The position numbers and the translations under genes were made by a program. Source: Candidatus Saccharimonadota bacterium (GTDB lineage: Bacteria > Patescibacteriota > Gracilibacteria > Absconditabacterales > Absconditicoccaceae). From it: a DNA stretch of 32,000 nucleotides. A model generated the notes under the pieces. That model was given only the letters and a program-made list of their open reading frames with translations. It was not told the DNA's origin and ran no database searches. Below, piece after piece: positions 25,499 through 32,000 of this stretch. Each line of letters starts with the position of its first letter. Position 1 is the stretch's first letter. Where the stretch lies: contig OZ246420.1 of assembly GCA_965231145.1 (NCBI GenBank), positions 1,050,001-1,082,000 on the forward strand, given 5' to 3'.

Positions 25499-26200
25499 TT
25501 AGTTAGCGATCTTATTCATAGCTTGTTGCTTCTTTACCTCTTGAGTTTCCACTGGCGCAGACTTTGCCTTTACCAATATATCTCCTTTTGAAATCCATAC
25601 TTTTACACCTATGATTCCATATTTTGTAAGAGCTGTTGTATAATGATAATCAATATCTGATCTTAATGTCTGGAGCGATACTCTTCCTTCTGAGAATTTT
25701 TCACTTCTTGAGAGATCAACACCACCAAGACGACCTGAAACCTGAACCTTTATACCCGTTGCTCCCTTTTCCATTACTTTCTGGAGAAGAGTTTTTGCAA
25801 CGCGTCTAAATGGCATACGAGCTTCTATCTGACTTGCAGCAAACTCAGCCATGATCTTAGCTGAAAGCTCAGGGAGTCTTACATCTTTCAATGCAACTTT
25901 AAACTCACGACCGAACTTTTTCTGCAGGAGTTTTGTGAAAGCATCAAGCTTTGCTCCGTCTTTTCCGAGAATAACAGCTGGCTTTGCAGTAAAGATGATC
26001 ACTTCACCTTCTTTATCGGTTTTTCTGATCACCGTCTTTGCAATACCCGCTCTCACGAAAGTAGACTCAACAAGAGCTCTTATCTTGATATCCTCAACAA
26101 AGAACTGAGCGCCTTGAGACTTAGTTTTTGCAAACCACTCTGAAGACCACGCTTTCGTGATACCCGCTCTAAATCCTCCTGGATGTACTTTTTGTCCCAT
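25499..26200 (-). CDS. rpsC: 30S ribosomal protein S3
   Basis: Uninterrupted track ORF. MGQKVHPGGFRAGI is the S3 start; KH and S3-C regions are present. Confidence 0.95.
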   Translation of the reverse strand: MGQKVHPGGFRAGITKAWSSEWFAKTKSQGAQFFVEDIKIRALVESTFVRAGIAKTVIRKTDKEGEVIIFTAKPAVILGKDGAKLDAFTKLLQKKFGREFKVALKDVRLPELSAKIMAEFAASQIEARMPFRRVAKTLLQKVMEKGATGIKVQVSGRLGGVDLSRSEKFSEGRVSLQTLRSDIDYHYTTALTKYGIIGVKVWISKGDILVKAKSAPVETQEVKKQQAMNKIAN

Positions 26201-26212
26201 AAGAATGAAAGT

Positions 26213-26551
26213 TTATTTAGTATCTAAAACAACTCTAACAAATGCTCTATGTTTCACATATGCGTGTATTCTTGATCTACCAACAAATCTATTTCTTTTG
26301 ATCTCCTGGCCGCGACCCACATTGATATGTGAGATATAGAGCGCCTGTGCTTGCTTCCCGGCATTGGTGATAGCATTAGATTGTGCTGATCTTACGACCT
26401 TCCAGAGCATCTTTGCTGCTGCTTTTGGCGTATGTTCAAGAACATTGAGAGCTTCATCAACTTGTTTTCATTGGACGAGTCTCGCTAAAAGCTGCATCTT
26501 CTTGTAAGATGTTAGTGCGTATTTAAGCGTTGCTGTAAGACTTTTATTCAT
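26213..26551 (-). CDS. rplV: 50S ribosomal protein L22
   Basis: Track ORF 26213-26410 extends in frame to ATG 26551 through one TGA (26468-26470). That TGA encodes the conserved Gly of ..LVQGKQVDEALNVL... Confidence 0.9.
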
Positions 26552-26593
26552 GATATCACTACAATAACAATCGGATAAAAACAAACGAATACT

Positions 26594-26851
26594 TTAGAAT
26601 GGATGCCCTTTAAACGTTCTTGTGAGGACAAACTCACCGAGTCTATGACCTATCATTTCTTCATTGATATAGAGACTCACAAACTGCTTTCCATTATGGA
26701 CAGCAAAAGTGAAACCAACCATCTCTGGAAGAATTTGAGATGCCCTACTCCACACTTTTATCACCTTTTTATCTCCGCTCTCATTCATCTTCTGTACTTT
26801 TTTTAGAAGAGATTCAGCGACGAAAAAGCCTTTTTTGAGTGATCTTGTCAT
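26594..26851 (-). CDS. rpsS: 30S ribosomal protein S19
   Basis: Uninterrupted track ORF with [11 protein letters not shown]... and GHRLGEF motifs. Confidence 0.95.
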   Translation of the reverse strand: MTRSLKKGFFVAESLLKKVQKMNESGDKKVIKVWSRASQILPEMVGFTFAVHNGKQFVSLYINEEMIGHRLGEFVLTRTFKGHPF

Positions 26852-26968
26852 TACTTATAGACTATAAAGCTAAATATATTACATAATTCATAATTCAGAG
26901 ATCAAGTTCAGAATGAAATACGGAGTAGATCCTTATTTAATTTTGCTCTCTAATTTCTGCTTTTTGAA

Positions 26969-27814
26969 TTAATTTTTAGTTCTTTTAGATACAATAAACT
27001 TGTTAGACCACTTCTTACTATTTCTTGTTTTCTTACCTGCAGGTACTGGACGCCCACTAAATGTCTTAGGGAACCTCAAACCAATCTCTGCATGTCCTTC
27101 TCCACCTCCGTGCGGATGGTCAACCGGGTTCATTGATTTACCGAGTACGTGAGGTTTTCTACCCATCCATCTCTGTCTTCCCGCTTTTCCGATAACAACG
27201 TTCTTGTGATCTTCGTTACCAAGCTGACCGATAGTTGCAAAACACTTCTCATCAAACTTTCTTACTTCACCAGAAGGAAGTTTTACGAATACAACACGAA
27301 GCGCCTCATCTTTACCAACGATCTCTCCATATGAACCAGCAGACTTAATGATCTTTCCTTTCGTGAAAGGAGTAAACTCAAGATTGAATACCTGAAATCC
27401 TTCTGGAATATCCTTAAGCTGTTTTCTGTTTCCAGCACTAAGAGTAGCCTGGTCTCCTGTCATGAAGGTATCTCCTACCGAAACCCCTTTCCACGCCAAC
27501 ACATATCTTTTTTCTCCGTCAGCATAGTTTACGAGAGCAATTCTTACTGTTCTATATGGATCATACTCGATCTCCGAGACTTTTGCAGGGATATTCAACT
27601 TATCATATCCTCTGAAATCTACGATACGATAGAGTCTTTTATGACCTCCTCCCATAAACCTTGACGTAACTCTACCGTATTGATTTCTTCCGGCAGTTGC
27701 TCCAAGAGTTTTCACAAGAGACTTTTCTGGTCTCTTTTTCGTAATATCGGAAAAGTCATATCATACCATAGAACGTCTAGATGGAGTATATGCTTTATAC
27801 GTTTTCACAGCCAT
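26969..27814 (-). CDS. rplB: 50S ribosomal protein L2
   Basis: Track ORF 26969-27715 extends in frame to ATG 27814 (MAVKTYKAYTPSRRSMVGYDF...) through one TGA (27761-27763). The GGGHKR and HPHGGGEG motifs are present. Confidence 0.95.
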
Positions 27815-27850
27815 TGTTACGAGAATGCGTTGATGAAAAATAAAGAATAA

Positions 27851-28192
27851 TTATTCAGCAATAGAGAGAGTTTCTCCCTTCTTAAGAGCTACGACAGCTT
27901 TCTTGTACGCGCGTCTTACGAGGGTTCTATTTGCTCTTCCCTTTTCCTTTACCCATGCCACATTTACTGAGACTGGAGTAACATTGTATACGATCTGTAT
28001 AGCGTTTTTCACATCTATCTTGTTAGCACCTGCATGTACTTTAAATGAGTACTTCTGAGCATCATCCGACCCCTTATACGCCTTTTCTGTAACAATAGGC
28101 GCCAAGATAATCTGATAAGGACTAAGCTTAAGCAGAGCTTTTGGAGAAGACGACTTCTTTGCTCTCTGTCTGAGTATTTGCTTAAAGGTCAT
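27851..28192 (-). CDS. rplW: 50S ribosomal protein L23
   Basis: Uninterrupted track ORF with an L23-like core (..PIVTEKA...KYSFKV..) and an N-terminal extension of about 20 aa. Confidence 0.9.
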   Translation of the reverse strand: MTFKQILRQRAKKSSSPKALLKLSPYQIILAPIVTEKAYKGSDDAQKYSFKVHAGANKIDVKNAIQIVYNVTPVSVNVAWVKEKGRANRTLVRRAYKKAVVALKKGETLSIAE

Positions 28193-28249
28193 GGTAACAC
28201 ATAATACGAGTAATAAATATATTCAGATGTTTCACAATCAAATGCTCTA

Positions 28250-28885
28250 TTAAGAAACCAGTGCTTCAATTTTTTCAAGAGATCCATCAAGAAGAAGAAC
28301 CTTATCATACTGAAGAAGATCTACTGGGTTGATATAATCAGCGAGGATATACTTTGTGCGAGGAATGTTATTCAACGATTTCTCGATTACCTCATTCTTT
28401 TCAGACATAACGATGAGTGTTTTCTTCTCAGCCAATCCAATCTTACCAAGCATAGTTATAGCAGACTTCGTCTTGATAGCTGCAAGAGGATTTGCCTCGA
28501 GCCCAAGAAGTTGATCGTTCTTTGCCTTAAGAGTGATGATACCACACAATGCAAGCTTCTTCATTTTCTTATTCATAGCTTTACCGTGATTGACATCGTT
28601 TCTTGGTCCAAACGCCACACCTCCGTGCTTTCTTATAGGAGAACGGCTTGATCCAGCTCTCGCACTACCAGTACCTTTTTGTCTGAATAGCTTCTTTCCA
28701 GAACCAGCAACCTCTGCTCTCGTTTTTGTATGAGCAATAGGATTGCGGGCATTAGCCTGCTGAAGAAGGAAGAACTCATGGATAAGGTCGTCGTTGATTC
28801 TTTCATCATTGAAAAGAGTTTCATTGAGCGAAAGCTTTCCTGTTGCCTTTCCGTCTTTATTGTAGACTTGTATCGTATATGTCAT
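28250..28885 (-). CDS. rplD: 50S ribosomal protein L4
   Basis: L4-like sequence (..RQKGTGSARAGS.RSP....GGVAFGP). The track ORF was trimmed to ATG 28885 (MTYTIQVYNKDGK). Confidence 0.9.
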   Translation of the reverse strand: MTYTIQVYNKDGKATGKLSLNETLFNDERINDDLIHEFFLLQQANARNPIAHTKTRAEVAGSGKKLFRQKGTGSARAGSSRSPIRKHGGVAFGPRNDVNHGKAMNKKMKKLALCGIITLKAKNDQLLGLEANPLAAIKTKSAITMLGKIGLAEKKTLIVMSEKNEVIEKSLNNIPRTKYILADYINPVDLLQYDKVLLLDGSLEKIEALVS

Positions 28886-28937
28886 ACTTACACACAAAAG
28901 TAATTTAAATAGAAAAGTGTTCAAACCATGATATCGA

Positions 28938-29543
28938 CTATGCTACATACACAGCCACGAGACTATTATATGCACCAGGAACAGACCCTCTTATAGCAAT
29001 GAACTTATCATCACCCACGGTAATAATATCTGCTATAGGTCTATGCTGCAAGGTAACAGTCTCGGTACCCATATGTCCAGCATGAGGATGTCCTTTCTGT
29101 ACTCTTCTTGGCTTTCTATTACCAAGAGATCCCACGTGTCTATGAAACTTTGAACCGTGTGTTTTTGGACCTCCAGCAAGATGAAACCTCTTTACAGCAC
29201 CTTGAAATCCTTTACCCTTTGAGATTCCCGTTAGAGAGACCTCCTCAACCCCTTCGAGAAGAGAAATATCAACAAAAGAACCCTCAGAAAACTTCCCCTT
29301 GAACATATCGCTCGTAGGAAACTCCTTCATCCAAGCATAGCTTACCTTCTGCCCCTTTTCCTTTGAGAGTTCTTTTTTCCCTCCGGCAAGTACGACAGCT
29401 TCGTAGCCATCCTTTTCTTCTGTCTTATATCTAACGACCTCCTGTGGAACAAGCTGCAAAAGCGTCACCGCTACATGCGCATCGCCGATCCAGAGCTTAG
29501 TCATTTCTTTTTTTCTGACCATAAGTCACCCTTTTTTCCCCAT
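28938..29543 (-). CDS. rplC: 50S ribosomal protein L3
   Basis: Track ORF 28938-29522 extends in frame to ATG 29543 through one TGA (29526-29528). This gives MGKKGGLMVRKKEMTKLW, which aligns with the usual L3 start (KGxLGxKxGMTxxF). Confidence 0.9.
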
Positions 29544-29601
29544 TATAGTTAACGAGATTATTAGCGAGAATAAAATATTTCGTTCGTATTGCACACAAAA
29601 G

Positions 29602-29922
29602 CTAGAATACTTTCACCTCTACTGAAACACCAACAGGTATTGAGAGATTTTGAAGATACTCTATCGTTTTTGCTCCAGTTTCCACAACATCAATAAGTCT
29701 TGCGTATGTTGTTCTCTCAAATTGTTCTCTTGCGTTTTTATACACAAAATTTGACCTGAGCACCGTATAAAGCTTTCTTTGCTTAGGAAGTGGTATAGGT
29801 CCCTTCATCGTTGCTCACGATTTCACAAGGAGCCCTATAATCTTGCTCGCAGAACTTTCGAGCATCTTTACATCATAGCTTTTAAGCTTTATCCTAAGCT
29901 TTGGAGATTTTACTTCTGCCAT
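29602..29922 (-). CDS. rpsJ: 30S ribosomal protein S10
   Basis: Track ORF 29602-29808 extends in frame to ATG 29922 (MAEVKSPKLRIKLKSYD...) through one TGA (29815-29817). That TGA encodes the Gly of KSGATMKGPIPLP. Confidence 0.95.
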
Positions 29923-29965
29923 ACCAGTTCGTTGTTGTGAGGAAAACTAAATATATTTAATATGC

Positions 29966-30032
29966 AGCACTTAGATGCTAGATGTTAGATTATGACATAC
30001 TGTCAACCTCTAACATCTCCGATCTAAATGCT
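29966..30032. repeat. TAGAT-word palindromic element, copy E (67 bp)
   Basis: agcacTTAGATgcTAGATgtTAGATtatgacatactgtcaaccTCTAAcATCTccgATCTAAatgct. It lies 12 nt below the tuf stop and 43 nt above the rpsJ start. Confidence 0.85.
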
Positions 30033-30044
30033 ATTATTAATGAA

Positions 30045-31217
30045 TTATCCGATAATCTTAGTAATAACTCCGGCACCTACAGTTCTACCACCTTCACGGA
30101 TAGCAAATCTGAGACCTTCTTCCATAGCGATCTTGTAGATAAGTTCTACTGAGATCTTAGCATTGTCACCAGGCATAATCATTTCTCTTCCCTCCATACT
30201 TACAGTTCCAGTTACGTCAGTTGTTCTTACGAAGAACTGAGGCTTGTAACCAGCCATAAATGGAGTATGTCTTCCACCTTCTTCCTTCTTCAATACGTAT
30301 ACCTCAGCTTCAAATTTGCTGAAAGGCTTAACAGATCCTGGCTTAGCAAGAACTTGTCCTCTTTCTACCTGGTCTTTTTCAATACCTCTGATAAGAAGAC
30401 CAACGTTCATACCTGCATCAGCAGACTGATGTTGCTTGTGAAACATTTCAACTCCTGTTACTACTGTTGGAGTTGGCTCGTCCTTAAGACCAACGATTTC
30501 GATAGGATCATTCATATTGATAACACCTCTTTCAATTCTACCCGTAACCACAGTACCTCTACCCTTAATAGAGAATACGTCTTCAACTGGCATAAGGAAA
30601 GGCTTAGCTGTATCACGAACTGGATCAGGAATGTAGCTATCAAGAGCAGCGAGAAGATCCCACACACACTTAGCAGCACCAGCTTCGTCAGTTGAGTTTT
30701 CAACCGCCTTAAGAGCCGAACCTCTGATGATAGGAGCGTTAGCACCATCAAATCCGTTCTTAGTAAGGAGATCTCTGATTTCCTCTTCTACGAGGTCAAC
30801 CATATCTGCATCCTCCACCATATCACACTTATTGAGGAACACAACGATGTATGGAACATTTACCTGCTTAGCAAGAAGTACGTGCTCTCTTGTTTGAGGC
30901 ATTGGTCCGTCTGTAGCAGCAACCACGAGGATAGCTCCGTCCATCTGAGCAGCACCAACGATCATGTTCTTGATATAGTCGGCATGTCCTGGACAGTCGA
31001 TGTGAGCGTAGTGTCTTGTGTCTGTTTCATACTCTACGTGTCTTGTGTTGATAGTAATACCTCTTGCTTTTTCTTCTGGAGCATTATCGATATCACCATA
31101 GTTTTGCGCCTTTGCAAAACCTTTTGTAGCAGCTACTGTTGTGATAGCAGCAGTCAAAGTTGTTTTACCATGATCTACGTGACCGATGGTACCTACATTA
31201 ACGTGTACTTTAGACAT
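30045..31217 (-). CDS. tuf: Elongation factor Tu
   Basis: [21 protein letters not shown]... is unmistakable EF-Tu, 391 aa with no in-frame TGA. The track ORF's 58-codon N-terminal extension runs into tRNA-Pro and is rejected. Confidence 0.97.
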   Translation of the reverse strand: MSKVHVNVGTIGHVDHGKTTLTAAITTVAATKGFAKAQNYGDIDNAPEEKARGITINTRHVEYETDTRHYAHIDCPGHADYIKNMIVGAAQMDGAILVVAATDGPMPQTREHVLLAKQVNVPYIVVFLNKCDMVEDADMVDLVEEEIRDLLTKNGFDGANAPIIRGSALKAVENSTDEAGAAKCVWDLLAALDSYIPDPVRDTAKPFLMPVEDVFSIKGRGTVVTGRIERGVINMNDPIEIVGLKDEPTPTVVTGVEMFHKQHQSADAGMNVGLLIRGIEKDQVERGQVLAKPGSVKPFSKFEAEVYVLKKEEGGRHTPFMAGYKPQFFVRTTDVTGTVSMEGREMIMPGDNAKISVELIYKIAMEEGLRFAIREGGRTVGAGVITKIIG

Positions 31218-31332
31218 GTCGGATGTATAAGTATAAAAGATAAATATAAGATCCATCGCTGAAGCGACATAACGATCAAGATTCTTCCTTATCGTCATGT
31301 CGCCCCTTCGATATCGAGTGCTGTATAGAATT

Positions 31333-31406
31333 TCGGGGATGCGGGACTCGAACTCGCGGCCTCTTGGTCCCAAACCAAGCGCTCTAGCCATCTGAGCTAA
31401 TCCCCG
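31333..31406 (-). tRNA. tRNA-Pro (anticodon UGG)
   Basis: Reverse complement: CGGGGAT TA GCTC AGATGGCTA GAGC G CTTGG TTTGGGA CCAAG AGGCC GCGAG TTCGAGT CCCGC ATCCCCG A. There is one A-C mismatch in the T stem. CCA is not encoded. Confidence 0.85.
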
Positions 31407-31413
31407 GTAGTAG

Positions 31414-31490
31414 TGGTGGGCATAGGTGGACTCGAACCACCGACCTCGTCCTTATCAGAGACGCGCTCTAACCAACTGAGCTATATGCCC
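31414..31490 (-). tRNA. tRNA-Ile (anticodon GAU)
   Basis: Reverse complement: GGGCATA TA GCTC AGTTGGTTA GAGC G CGTCT CTGATAA GGACG AGGTC GGTGG TTCGAGT CCACC TATGCCC ACCA. CCA is encoded. Confidence 0.9.
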
Positions 31491-31502
31491 ATATAAATTT
31501 CG

Positions 31503-31577
31503 TGGTGCCGGGGGGCAGAATTGAACTGCCGACACAGGGCTTTTCAGGCCCCTGCTCTACCACTGAGCTACCCCGGC
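31503..31577 (-). tRNA. tRNA-Phe (anticodon GAA)
   Basis: Reverse complement: GCCGGGG TA GCTC AGTGGTA GAGC A GGGGC CTGAAAA GCCCT GTGTC GGCAG TTCAATT CTGCC CCCCGGC ACCA. CCA is encoded. Confidence 0.9.
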
Positions 31578-31936
31578 TCAATATAATAAGTGTTCAATTG
31601 CCAATTAACCATGTACTCTTTTTTCTGTCCATCTATTTAATAGACAAAAAAAAACAGTGTAAATGACACGTAGAGGCAGTGAGTTGTCCAATGACAGCTT
31701 TTACCCTACACATTTACTTTAGTAAGTTTCCACCTATGGTTTTTCAAGACCTTAGGCTTGCGATAACCAACCCTTAGCGGGTAGCTCGAATTGAATTTAT
31801 ATCGTTTTCCTAGCCAATTGCAAGAGAAAAAGAGAGCAAAATAAGACACAAACTATCCATGGATTTTTCACCCGACATCCGTACATAGTTAATACAATAT
31901 TTTTGATTCTCTTTTTTGTGTTACTTACCCGCAGCC

Positions 31937-32000
31937 ATGTTACACAAACTACGCTTACATGACGCACCCTTTCGCAATATAAAAAAAGGCATCAAGAACG
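31937..32000 (+). CDS. 5' end of a possible ASCH/DUF3850-like protein (partial, runs off the window)
   Basis: ATG 31937 is followed by MLHKLRLHDAPFRNIKKGIKN. This resembles the H-x-L-K/R-x-x-x-x-x-F-x-x-I-x-x-G-x-K start of ASCH/DUF3850 proteins. Only 21 codons are visible. Confidence 0.3.
   Translation, partial: MLHKLRLHDAPFRNIKKGIKN

Noticed and set aside
4013-30032. Whether the TAGAT-word repeats could be a CRISPR array or CRISPR remnants.
   Set aside because: The copies are dispersed singly across 26 kb and each is an internal palindrome. There is no direct-repeat/spacer periodicity and no cas genes in the window.
31218-31391. A 58-codon N-terminal extension of tuf in track ORF 30045-31391.
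   Set aside because: It runs through tRNA-Pro (31333-31406). The canonical EF-Tu start [20 protein letters not shown] begins at 31217.

Overview
This 32-kb window comes from a small, fairly AT-rich bacterial genome that reads UGA as glycine (translation table 25). That code is typical of the Gracilibacteria/Absconditabacteria branch of the Candidate Phyla Radiation (CPR). Under the standard code about a dozen genes look shattered. With TGA read as Gly, each set of fragments joins into one normal-length protein, and the TGA codons fall on invariant glycines. All starts and motif calls were made by eye from the sequence and ORF track, with no searches run.

Right half (18.8-31.6 kb, minus strand): tRNA-Phe/Ile/Pro, tuf, then the S10-spc ribosomal-protein superoperon (rpsJ to rplO, secY). 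It has no rpmD (L30) and is terminated straight after secY.

Left half, in order:
- a pilin-like membrane protein, murF, a stand-alone gatA, and small membrane proteins
- a Nudix hydrolase, tRNA-Lys, rpmB-rplY-rplS, and two tiny basic ORFs
- rpsL-rpsG with no fusA after them
- a DUF1003 protein, an RseP-type protease, tatD, a VOC-fold protein, and a membrane-fused spermidine-synthase-like protein
- an accessory-looking trio (an orphan 753-aa membrane-anchored protein, a DEDDy exonuclease and a SAM methyltransferase), then dcd

The most unusual non-genic signal is a family of five 66-67-bp imperfect palindromes built from TAGAT/ATCTA words with AGC...GCT-type termini. Each sits just after a stop codon between co-directional genes, and two lie inside the ribosomal operon.

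Other points of interest:
- a second CTAA/TTAG-word palindrome type
- a GTGTAA/TTACAC word palindrome around a perfect TATAAT upstream of gatA
- strongly bimodal use of UGA-Gly between genes
- a 19-nt exact repeat at two gene 3' ends
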